Positions 28,441-36,932 of a stretch of 64,000 nt of DNA are shown one piece after another (the first letter of the stretch is position 1; each line of letters starts with the position of its first letter). This DNA comes from Candidatus Levybacteria bacterium RIFCSPHIGHO2_01_FULL_40_16. GTDB taxonomy: Bacteria; Patescibacteriota; Microgenomatia; Levybacterales; UBA12049. The position numbers were made by a program, and so were the translations under genes. The notes under the pieces are model-generated. The model saw nothing but the letters and a program-made list of their open reading frames with translations, did no database searches and was not told the DNA's origin. Location: NCBI GenBank assembly GCA_001783805.1, contig MFNS01000001.1, forward strand, positions 257,074-321,073, read 5' to 3'.

Positions 28441-29250
28441 TTAAAGTATCAATAGATGCCTTATTAAGCCTTGCGCATAGAGTTGCTTGATTTGGGAGGA
28501 TAAAAGCGCAGATTTGTAAACCCGCACATCATCAATTACACCATAAAAATAGGAATACCTGTTACCAATCCAAAGAGAGTCTGATGTCGTACCCGCATTT
28601 ATCGTTTGAGTAACAGTTCCTCCATATTGTGAACCATCAACAAAAGCTCTTAAAAAGCTTCCGCTCCAAGTAAAGACTAAGTGATGCCAGACACCGATGG
28701 TAGGCTTGCCAAAACTAACACTATTGTATGGCACACCGTTGTCTATGCTGCCCTCTATAGCGGTTGTTGTGAATACGGTAATGGCATAGCCGGGTGTATC
28801 CCATCCCGCAGAAGCCCCTTTACTTACTATGGCGGGGTATGTTCCGGCGCTATAAGAGCTTATCTTAATCCAAACCTCAATTGTCCCAGCATTTGTTAAA
28901 TTCAAGCTTGCGCCATTTCCCGCATTAATAAACGCCGTTCCGTTAAAGTTGCTTGCTTTATTCCTATCCCTCCTGTCTAATGCCGAGGTTACGTTAATCC
29001 CCATACCATTATTACCATATCCTGAAGTATCTTTAAAAGTGTTATCATCAAATGTCCATTCTCCGACCAGATCAAAACCAAGAGAGTTTTGTATTCCTGC
29101 CGAGAACGTCTCCGCCTTAGCAATATTGGCAGAATTAATTTTTCCTGCCGGATCTATGGCTACAAGCACTCCGGTTCCCAAAACTCCCACCACCGCTATG
29201 ACTATGAGAAGTTCGATAAGAGTAAAACCCCTTACTAAAATTATTTTCAT
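28441..29250 (-). CDS. pilin-LamG fusion protein, paralog 3
   Basis: [28 protein letters not shown]..., IDDVRVYKSALLSSQIKQLYAQGLIRHLLIL. Confidence 0.7.
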   Translation of the reverse strand: MKIILVRGFTLIELLIVIAVVGVLGTGVLVAIDPAGKINSANIAKAETFSAGIQNSLGFDLVGEWTFDDNTFKDTSGYGNNGMGINVTSALDRRDRNKASNFNGTAFINAGNGASLNLTNAGTIEVWIKISSYSAGTYPAIVSKGASAGWDTPGYAITVFTTTAIEGSIDNGVPYNSVSFGKPTIGVWHHLVFTWSGSFLRAFVDGSQYGGTVTQTINAGTTSDSLWIGNRYSYFYGVIDDVRVYKSALLSSQIKQLYAQGLIRHLLIL

Positions 29251-29254
29251 AAGA

Positions 29255-30106
29255 TCATCTAAATGCCAACAAATGTTTTACTAAGCCTTGGGCGTAAAGC
29301 TGTTTGATCTGGGAGGATAAAAGAGTAGCCTTATAAATCCGCACATCATCAATGGAGCCAGTGAAATAGTCCGCGCCTCTCCACCAACCAACTGCATATC
29401 CAATTCTAAATGCGTTTCCTCCGCTGTCTGCAAATCCTGCTGTTCCATTATTCGCTCGTTTATCCAATACGCCATCTATATAAATTGAATCAGTAATACC
29501 TGCCCTTGTAATCGCAATATGATGCCAGTTTGTGTTAGGTACTGCAGAAATACTGATAGATTGTCTATATGAACCACCACCATCCGTATACTGGAATTCA
29601 AGCTTGTTGCCAGTCTGCATAGTTAAAGCCCACTGATAATTACCTTTTCCCCATATTCCATTTTCTACGCCGAGCTGGTTGAGCTTAATCCATCCCTCAA
29701 TTGTAATCGCATTAGTAATATTCAAATTCGCCCCACTTCCTGTATTTATATAGCCCGAGCCAGCAAGGCTGTACGCTTTACTACCCCTATTTCTTCTATC
29801 TGGTGCTAGAGCTACACCGCTTCCTACTATTGAAGTTATATTTTCATATCCCGAAGTATCATTTGCATTACCGTCAAATGTCCATTCTCCGACCAGATCA
29901 AAAGCGAGATTGTTTTGCACACTTGCCGAGAAGGTTTCCGCCTTAGCAATATTGGCAGAATTAATTTTTCCTGCCGGGTCTATAGCTACAAGCACTCCGG
30001 TTCCCAAAACTCCCACCACTGCTATGACTATTAAAAGCTCAATAAGGGTGAAGCCTTTGGATCGAATAGCGAATAATGAATTATGAATAACGGTTTTTAT
30101 ATATAT
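29255..30106 (-). CDS. pilin-LamG fusion protein, paralog 4, with no ATG start (non-AUG start or pseudogene)
   Basis: The open frame reads [35 protein letters not shown]... from a TAG stop at 30107-30109. Candidate starts are ATT/ATA only. The ORF track begins at the internal Met at 30019. Confidence 0.5.
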   Translation of the reverse strand: MYIKTVIHNSLFAIRSKGFTLIELLIVIAVVGVLGTGVLVAIDPAGKINSANIAKAETFSASVQNNLAFDLVGEWTFDGNANDTSGYENITSIVGSGVALAPDRRNRGSKAYSLAGSGYINTGSGANLNITNAITIEGWIKLNQLGVENGIWGKGNYQWALTMQTGNKLEFQYTDGGGSYRQSISISAVPNTNWHHIAITRAGITDSIYIDGVLDKRANNGTAGFADSGGNAFRIGYAVGWWRGADYFTGSIDDVRIYKATLLSSQIKQLYAQGLVKHLLAFR

Positions 30107-30181
30107 CTAGTAAATCACGCTTTACAAAGCTTGTCAAAGAAACTGAACCCAAAAGAGTAAATCAAGAAATTATATAAAGTT

Positions 30182-31462
30182 TTATTTACGCGGATAACAT
30201 TGCTGGCAAAAAATAGTATCCGTATTATTAAACCTATAGAGCGAAAACGAGTATAGCCTGACATCATAGCTTCGAGGAACCTTAATTCCAACAAGCAACG
30301 GGTAATAAATTGCAAAAATGATTATACTGACCAATATTGTAGACGCAAGTAACTGCAATTTTATTTTTGTTTTCCGGATTAATAGTAAAAACATTATTAT
30401 TGCCATGGGAATAAGCGGGATAATATAATAGTAAAAAGTTGCATGTAGATTAAAAAACCACGGTAAATAAAGCAGGGAAAACACCATAACAAGAAAGCTT
30501 TGCTTTTTTTGTTTTAATATTCCTTTCCGCAAAATGAAAATCATAGATGCAACTAAAGAGATTAGGGTAAAAATTGTTATAAGTGGATTTGCAAATGCAA
30601 TAATAGACATTACGCTCTCTCCTTGTGGAACTCGATAAAGAGTTAATATCTGCGGGATTGTGAACCATGTCCAGGCAGGCGAGTGAAGATAACCAGACAG
30701 ATTAATTACCCCTCCAATTTGAGAATTGAATAATCGATATATAAATTCTGCAAATCCAATACTGGTCTTCTTAAAAAAGAAGATACCATTGCCAATGGTA
30801 AAGGCTAGGGAAAGAAAAGTTAGAAATAAGAAATTAATTTTTGCAATTTCTCGCAATTTTAGATTTTTCCCCTGATTAAAAATCATGAACAATAAAGGAA
30901 AAAGGGGAATGAGTAAAACAGCTGACAATTTCGCTGCAAGAGATAATCCTAAGAAAATTCCGCTGACGTAAAAAAGCTTAAGTTTTTTCCCATCAAGATA
31001 TTTTAAATAATAATATATGCTGGACAGCAAAAAGAACAATGCGGGAATATCCAGCTGCAATAATCGGCTAAAAGTGAAGAACATAGGGTCAATGGCAAGC
31101 AAGATAACGCAAAGGAAAGATATAGTCTTAGAAAAAAAGACCCGGGCAATTTTATAAAAGACTAGAAGTGATCCAATGGAAAAAAGAATAGTTCCAAGTC
31201 TATAAAATATAGGTTTATATATTCCGGTTATCCCGGAAAATATATATACGAAATAATACCAGATTGTTTTCGCTAGAAGAGGATGATTATTATTGTCAAT
31301 TTTTCCGTCTAATAAAGAAAAAACACTTGACCTATACACTTTTTCATCACCAACTAAAAGCCCAATTGAGTTTATGTTGTAAGCTAAAAGGAATAGATAA
31401 AGCAAAAATAAAACTATAATAATAGAAAGAAGATTTCTTTTAATAATCAATTTAAAATCCAT
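30182..31462 (-). CDS. GT-C fold PMT/ArnT-like (GT39/GT83-type) polytopic glycosyltransferase
   Basis: At least 10 predicted TM segments, a first-loop GDEKVY acidic motif and an HPLLAK motif resembling the GT39 HPPL box. It lies immediately downstream of the candidate major pilin gene. Confidence 0.5.
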   Translation of the reverse strand: MDFKLIIKRNLLSIIIVLFLLYLFLLAYNINSIGLLVGDEKVYRSSVFSLLDGKIDNNNHPLLAKTIWYYFVYIFSGITGIYKPIFYRLGTILFSIGSLLVFYKIARVFFSKTISFLCVILLAIDPMFFTFSRLLQLDIPALFFLLSSIYYYLKYLDGKKLKLFYVSGIFLGLSLAAKLSAVLLIPLFPLLFMIFNQGKNLKLREIAKINFLFLTFLSLAFTIGNGIFFFKKTSIGFAEFIYRLFNSQIGGVINLSGYLHSPAWTWFTIPQILTLYRVPQGESVMSIIAFANPLITIFTLISLVASMIFILRKGILKQKKQSFLVMVFSLLYLPWFFNLHATFYYYIIPLIPMAIIMFLLLIRKTKIKLQLLASTILVSIIIFAIYYPLLVGIKVPRSYDVRLYSFSLYRFNNTDTIFCQQCYPRK

Positions 31463-31526
31463 ATTAAAGCGATTTTCTCATTTTCCTAAAAATTAACAAT
31501 ACAAGGGGATAGAGAAGTTCCAATCT

Positions 31527-31997
31527 TTACGGACAGGTTGTTTGAGCGGCAACAGCAGTGATGGAAGTTTTGAAAACAGCGTTAGTAGAATCCCAGCACC
31601 AAAATGATCTTGTAGTCGGACTGAATAACGCTCCCCACACTGCAACATTTTGTCCTGCAACTCCGGTGTAGCAGTAGTTTGTAGAGTCAGCGCCAGCTGC
31701 AGTTACACAACCGAGATTGCCAGATTGCTGATTAGGCAAGACCTTTAATTCTCCAGGTACAAGAGACGACAACGCAACTGGATAAATAGGCGCAGGCTGC
31801 GCTGTATAATATGCCTGCAAAGCGCTGACTAGTTGACTCATGTCGCTTTTGATTGTTGAATCCTTGGCTGAATTAATTTTTGCAACAGGATTAATGGCTG
31901 CGATAACTGCTGCTGCCAAAACTCCCAAGACTGCAATGACGACCAGAAGTTCGATTAGGGTGAAGCCTTTGTGGGAAGATTTATTAAATAATTTCAT
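31527..31997 (-). CDS. pilA: type IV pilin, candidate major pilin
   Basis: [37 protein letters not shown], about 150-aa mature protein adjacent to pilC. The ORF track extends to 32075. Confidence 0.6.
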   Translation of the reverse strand: MKLFNKSSHKGFTLIELLVVIAVLGVLAAAVIAAINPVAKINSAKDSTIKSDMSQLVSALQAYYTAQPAPIYPVALSSLVPGELKVLPNQQSGNLGCVTAAGADSTNYCYTGVAGQNVAVWGALFSPTTRSFWCWDSTNAVFKTSITAVAAQTTCP

Positions 31998-32071
31998 GTT
32001 CTTAATTAGTAAAACAGAAAAATAAATGCTTGTCAAGTGGCAAAATAGCCTCAATTTTCTTTTACTCATTT

Positions 32072-33289
32072 TCATTTTATTGATGAAGTGATTTGATAGA
32101 TTGGCGTGATTATAGAGAATATCAGAAATGCAACTCCAACGCCTAGCACCACCAAGATAAATGGTTCCATTGCGGTTGAAAGGGTCTTCACGGATTGATC
32201 AACTTCGTTTTCAAAATATTCAGATGCTTTAGCGAGTGTCTCATCCAATTTTCCCGTCTGCTCTCCGATCTTAACCAGCTCTATCAAATTGAGAGGGAAA
32301 AGATAATACAGGCTCATCGCATCTCCAATACTTATTCCTTTTTCCACCCTTTTTGAGACATCCACAATTGCATTTTTATAATGAATATTACCGGTAATAT
32401 CGGACACTTTATCCAAAGCCTCAACTACCAATGTCCCCGATGCCAACAGGGCACCAAGAGTTCTGGAAAATTCTGCCAAGATTGTTTTTTTTATCAGACT
32501 GCCAAAAATAGGAAGTTTCAATTTCATACTATCTATAGTAAGCTTACCCTCCATTGTTTTGTACCAGCGTTGGTATGCAAGCCAGACGAGAACCAAGAAC
32601 GCTATGACGATAAACCAAAATGAAACAAAGAAATTTGAAATTTTTATCAGGATGAGTGTTGGCAACGGTAAAGAAATGTTCATGCTCTGGTAAAGTATGG
32701 AAATTTGAGGAATAACAAAAATCATCATTATAAAAACTACAATCGCCATCATGAGAATAACGATTACCGGATATGTAAGCGCGCCCCTGATCGTATTTTT
32801 CAGTCTTTGCTGTTTTTCCAAAGTATCAGCCAGTCGCAAAAAGGCCTTATCCAAAAGACCGGATCCTTCAGATGCTTCTACCAACGCTATATAAACCGGA
32901 GAAAAGACTGTAGGATGCTTTGCAATTGCGCGGGAAAAACTTGACCCTTCCTGAATATCCCTGATAATGCCGTCTATAATGTCTATCAAAGTGTGATTTT
33001 CGATTTGATTTTTTAATATCTCCAGACTTCTTAAAAGAGTGAGTCCCGAACTAAGCATCGAAGACAATTGTCTGGTAAAATTAAGCACTTCTTGAGACCT
33101 AACTCTATCTCCAAGAAAGGGTATTAAATTTACAAATCTGTTTTTCCCCCTTTTAATTATCTCTATCGGAGTGAGCTCTTTGCTTCTAAGATACGCTGCT
33201 GCTTCGCTTGGGTTTCTTGCTTCGATTATTCCACTAATTGGTTCTCCTTTATCGGTTACAGCTTTGTAGTACAGTCTCATATTAGCCAA
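32072..33289 (-). CDS. pilC: type IV pilus platform protein PilC (GspF family)
   Basis: Two GspF-type repeats with three TM segments; it overlaps pilT by 8 nt and the pilin gene by 4 nt. Confidence 0.85.
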   Translation of the reverse strand: MANMRLYYKAVTDKGEPISGIIEARNPSEAAAYLRSKELTPIEIIKRGKNRFVNLIPFLGDRVRSQEVLNFTRQLSSMLSSGLTLLRSLEILKNQIENHTLIDIIDGIIRDIQEGSSFSRAIAKHPTVFSPVYIALVEASEGSGLLDKAFLRLADTLEKQQRLKNTIRGALTYPVIVILMMAIVVFIMMIFVIPQISILYQSMNISLPLPTLILIKISNFFVSFWFIVIAFLVLVWLAYQRWYKTMEGKLTIDSMKLKLPIFGSLIKKTILAEFSRTLGALLASGTLVVEALDKVSDITGNIHYKNAIVDVSKRVEKGISIGDAMSLYYLFPLNLIELVKIGEQTGKLDETLAKASEYFENEVDQSVKTLSTAMEPFILVVLGVGVAFLIFSIITPIYQITSSIK

Positions 33290-34349
33290 CCATTCTTAAG
33301 AAGTCCTCCTGATGCAGGGAGTAGCTTTTGCCTATATCCAGACTAATACTTCCTGACAAAACCAGAGCAGACAAGGATGAATCTATGCCAATCATGCCTT
33401 TGTCTTTGGAAGTTTGTATTACCGAATCTATAAGATGGGTCTTTCCGTCCCGCACAATGCTCGCAACCGCAGGAGTCCCAAGGAGAACCTCTACAGCGGG
33501 CACTCTTCCTCCGCTGATCATCGGCAAAAGCCTTTGTGAAACAATCCCCTTCAGGGTGGCAGCCAGCTGAATTTTTATTTGAGACTGCTGTGTTGCGGGA
33601 AATGAATCAATGATTCTGTCTATGCTTTGAGCCGCCGAATTTGTATGCAGGGTTGAAAAAACCAGATGTCCTGTTTCGGCAATTGTGATCGCGGCGGCAA
33701 TTGTTTCGGAATCCCGCATTTCCCCAACCAGTACAACATCAGGATCTTCACGAAGAGCCGCACGAAGGGCAAAATCCCAAGAGTGAGTATCGATGCCCAT
33801 TTCACGCTGGCTGATGATACTCTTTCCCTTCGGATACACATATTCAATCGGATCTTCGATGGTTACTATGTGAGCCGCTCTTTTCAGATTTATTTCGTTG
33901 ACAATTGAGGCAATGGTCGTAGATTTTCCATGCCCTGTCGGACCGGTAATTAAGATAAAGCCCTGAGTTAAATCCGAAAAAGTATGTAAAACTTGAGGCA
34001 AATGGAGCTCCTCGATAGACAATATGCCGGGATTAAGAAAACGGAAAGCGCCCGAGAGATTTCTTCTCTGGTAGTATAAATTCGTCCGGAAGCGGCCAAG
34101 ATCCCCATATGCTCCCCCTCCAAAACCAAAAGAAAAATCCAACTCTTTGTTGGCGAGCAATAGTTCTTTCTGAACAGGATCTAACAATGAATATACCATT
34201 TTTTCTATTTCCGGCAGGGTTAACGGCGCGTATCCGGTTAAATATCTTAAGGAACCGTCTATTCGAAGTGTGGGAGGAATACCGACCAAAAGATGCAAGT
34301 CCGAGGCTTTTTCCTTAACTGTTATCTTAAAAAGTTCTTGTATATCCAT
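33282..34349 (-). CDS. pilT: twitching-motility/retraction ATPase PilT
   Basis: Walker A GPTGHGKSTT, Asp box and His box; no N-terminal GspE_N domain. Confidence 0.8.
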   Translation of the reverse strand: MDIQELFKITVKEKASDLHLLVGIPPTLRIDGSLRYLTGYAPLTLPEIEKMVYSLLDPVQKELLLANKELDFSFGFGGGAYGDLGRFRTNLYYQRRNLSGAFRFLNPGILSIEELHLPQVLHTFSDLTQGFILITGPTGHGKSTTIASIVNEINLKRAAHIVTIEDPIEYVYPKGKSIISQREMGIDTHSWDFALRAALREDPDVVLVGEMRDSETIAAAITIAETGHLVFSTLHTNSAAQSIDRIIDSFPATQQSQIKIQLAATLKGIVSQRLLPMISGGRVPAVEVLLGTPAVASIVRDGKTHLIDSVIQTSKDKGMIGIDSSLSALVLSGSISLDIGKSYSLHQEDFLRMVG

Positions 34350-34352
34350 ACA

Positions 34353-36125
34353 TTATTCCTGCGCAACGCGCAGCACTTCTTCAACCGTAGTTATGCCTTG
34401 CAAAACCTTTAGGTATCCGTCCTGCTTCATTGTAATCATGCCTTCCAGAATTGCTTCTTTTTCCATTGTAGCACTATCTGCGTTCTCCAGAACCAGATTA
34501 GCAATTTTAGGCGTGACAGGCAGGGTTTCGAAAATTCCAATCCTGCCTAAGTATCCTGATTTCCCGCATTGATCGCAACCTTTTCCGCGGCTTAGTTTTA
34601 TATCCGGTTGAGTTTGGGGAAAAATTTTTCCTAATACTTTTTTAATTTCATCCAGTATTTGGGGCAGAGGAGGGTATTTCTCTTTGCAATTATCGCATAT
34701 TCTCCTAACAATCCTTTGTCCCAAAATCGCATTCATTGTTGATGCCAGAAGAAAATTTTCTGCTCCCAAATCCAAAAGTCGGGGGAGAGCCCCCGCAGCA
34801 TTCGAAGTGTGCAAGGTTGAGAAAACTAAATGACCGGTAAGGGCTGCCTGCAAGGCAAGCTCGTTGGTTTCTTTATCCCGAATTTCCCCGACCAATATTA
34901 TATTTGGGTCTTGACGAAGAAAAGCTCTAAGTCCGGTTGCAAAAGTAAGTCCGACTGCGGGATTTACCGCGACCTGATTTACTCCGGGCAACTGATATTC
35001 AATCGGATCCTCCAAAGACATAATATTGACCCTGGTTGTATTAAGTTTTGCCAAAATTGAATAAAGGGTTGTTGTTTTACCTGCCCCCGTCGGACCGCAG
35101 ACAAGAATAATTCCATGCGGTCTAAGCATTGCGGTTTCTATATTTCTAAGCGAATTTCCATTCAGACCCAGTTCATCCAAGGTTGGTATTCCTCCAGTTT
35201 TCCTAAGGAGCCTCATGAGTATTTTTTCTCCATGCGAAGTTGGCAAAACGGATATACGCAGATCCACCTCCTCATTGGAAATTTTGAAATTAAATCGGCC
35301 ATCCTGAGGAAGGCGATGTTCGTCAATCTTCATTTCCGATAAAATTTTTATACGTGAAATAACCGCATCCTGAACATTTTTTGGAAGGCTTAATTTGTCA
35401 TACAAAATTCCATCTATTCTGTATCTTACTCTGACCCGATCCTCCTGGGGCTCGATGTGAACATCCGATGCTCTCGAAGTTACCGCGTATTCCAAAATAG
35501 TCGAAACTATTTTGGCAATTGGAGCCTCTTTAATTATCTCGCCGATTTGCTTACTATCGACAGTTCTTGTCTTTTCGTAAGCCTCTGTCTCTGCTAAGGC
35601 CTCACCAACCTCTCCTACGATTTCCTGACTATATTGTTCACTGATTGCCTTTTTTACTTCCTCTTTGGCTGCGGCAAAGGATTTTATTGTCAATCCTGTT
35701 TTTTGCGCAACGAATTGCAGTGCTTCCAGATCTACGGGATTACTCATTGCTATAGAAAGAGTCCCGGCTTTTTCGTCATAAAGGAAGGGAATTAGGGAAA
35801 ATCTTTCTACAACCGCTTTAGGAATAAGACTGATTGCTTGGGGAGAAAAAGACGTTGTTTCTAAAGATATGAAAGGAACACCGAGTAATTTTGCTTTTGC
35901 TTGGGCAAGCTTTTTCTCCGGAACTATATTCATTGCCTCCAAAATACCTGTAGCAGATACACCCTGACTGGTACTTTTAACTTTTATGTCATCGTATTGT
36001 TCCTTAGTAATTAAATTATCCTCAAGTAAAATCTCGAGAAGAGTTTTATGCTCCGGCAATTGTTGCGTGTTAAAATCTGAAGTAGGCATTACTTTAATAA
36101 TAGGTAAAAATAAACTATAATTCAA
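34353..36125 (-). CDS. pilB: type IV pilus assembly ATPase PilB (GspE family)
   Basis: N-terminal T2SSE_N domain, Walker A GPTGAGKTT, and a tetracysteine zinc motif (CDNC...CDQC). Confidence 0.9.
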   Translation of the reverse strand: MNYSLFLPIIKVMPTSDFNTQQLPEHKTLLEILLEDNLITKEQYDDIKVKSTSQGVSATGILEAMNIVPEKKLAQAKAKLLGVPFISLETTSFSPQAISLIPKAVVERFSLIPFLYDEKAGTLSIAMSNPVDLEALQFVAQKTGLTIKSFAAAKEEVKKAISEQYSQEIVGEVGEALAETEAYEKTRTVDSKQIGEIIKEAPIAKIVSTILEYAVTSRASDVHIEPQEDRVRVRYRIDGILYDKLSLPKNVQDAVISRIKILSEMKIDEHRLPQDGRFNFKISNEEVDLRISVLPTSHGEKILMRLLRKTGGIPTLDELGLNGNSLRNIETAMLRPHGIILVCGPTGAGKTTTLYSILAKLNTTRVNIMSLEDPIEYQLPGVNQVAVNPAVGLTFATGLRAFLRQDPNIILVGEIRDKETNELALQAALTGHLVFSTLHTSNAAGALPRLLDLGAENFLLASTMNAILGQRIVRRICDNCKEKYPPLPQILDEIKKVLGKIFPQTQPDIKLSRGKGCDQCGKSGYLGRIGIFETLPVTPKIANLVLENADSATMEKEAILEGMITMKQDGYLKVLQGITTVEEVLRVAQE

Positions 36126-36254
36126 GTGAAGTAGTAAAACACTTCACGCAGTCCCGTTAAAGCCGCTCCGTGAGCCGTGTTCGAATCGAGTCTGACTCGA
36201 CGAATAGAACGAGAAGACGAACGGAAAGGCTATACGGGACAATAGAGAATCCAT

Positions 36255-36908
36255 ATGCAGAGTTTCTTGATTGCAGCCTTGGATAAAAACCTGTCATCTT
36301 CCTACACGGCAAATTTACTAAAAGAAAGAGGAGTTGATCCTTTAGATATCAATTCTCAGGTTTATGAAAAAGCCGTGGGAATTGAAGATGTCAGGAATAT
36401 TCAAAAAGCGATTTTATTAAAGCCGTTCCGTGGAAAAACAAAAGCAGTTGTTATCGACGCCTATGAAGATCTTACCCTGCAAGCACAGAATGCGCTACTT
36501 AAGATTCTCGAAGAGCCCCCAAGCAACACAATTATTGTAATCACTGCCGCGAAAAAAGAACTTTTCTTGCCGACGATCATTTCCCGGTGTAAAGTCATTG
36601 TTTTGCAAGAAAAAGAAACCAAATTAGACAAGGACGATTTGTCAAAATTTCATGATATTTTAAATACCTTACTAAGGGGTAGAACCGGAGATAAATTAAA
36701 AATCGCGGAACTTATTGTAAAAGATAAAGGAGACTGCGCTTTGTGGCTGGAAAAAATGGCAACTTTTCTAAGAAACGATCTAGCAAAAAATAGCAATAAT
36801 TTTAAATATCTAAATTTCCTCAAGGGAGTGCAAAAAACTTACAAGATTATAAAAAGTACAAATGTCAGCCAAAGAGCCGCCCTGGAGAATCTATTTTTGT
36901 CATTCTAA
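36255..36908 (+). CDS. holB: DNA polymerase III delta' subunit-like (short form)
   Basis: AQNALLKILEEPP and SRC motifs; the N-terminal P-loop is degenerate. Confidence 0.7.
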   Translation: MQSFLIAALDKNLSSSYTANLLKERGVDPLDINSQVYEKAVGIEDVRNIQKAILLKPFRGKTKAVVIDAYEDLTLQAQNALLKILEEPPSNTIIVITAAKKELFLPTIISRCKVIVLQEKETKLDKDDLSKFHDILNTLLRGRTGDKLKIAELIVKDKGDCALWLEKMATFLRNDLAKNSNNFKYLNFLKGVQKTYKIIKSTNVSQRAALENLFLSF

Positions 36909-36932
36909 CCTGCTTTCTGGTAAAATTAGGGG

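Noticed and set aside
33620-35342. Short ORFs on both strands inside pilT and pilB (for example 33620-33847, 34830-35060).
   Set aside because: They are nested in well-supported ATPase genes with no independent signals.
36172-36215. Group II intron domain V, suggested by GAGCCGTGT resembling the GAGCCGTATG start of domain V.
   Set aside because: No complementary CATACGGTTC 3' half and no GAAA-capped stem. The similarity is limited to 8 nt.
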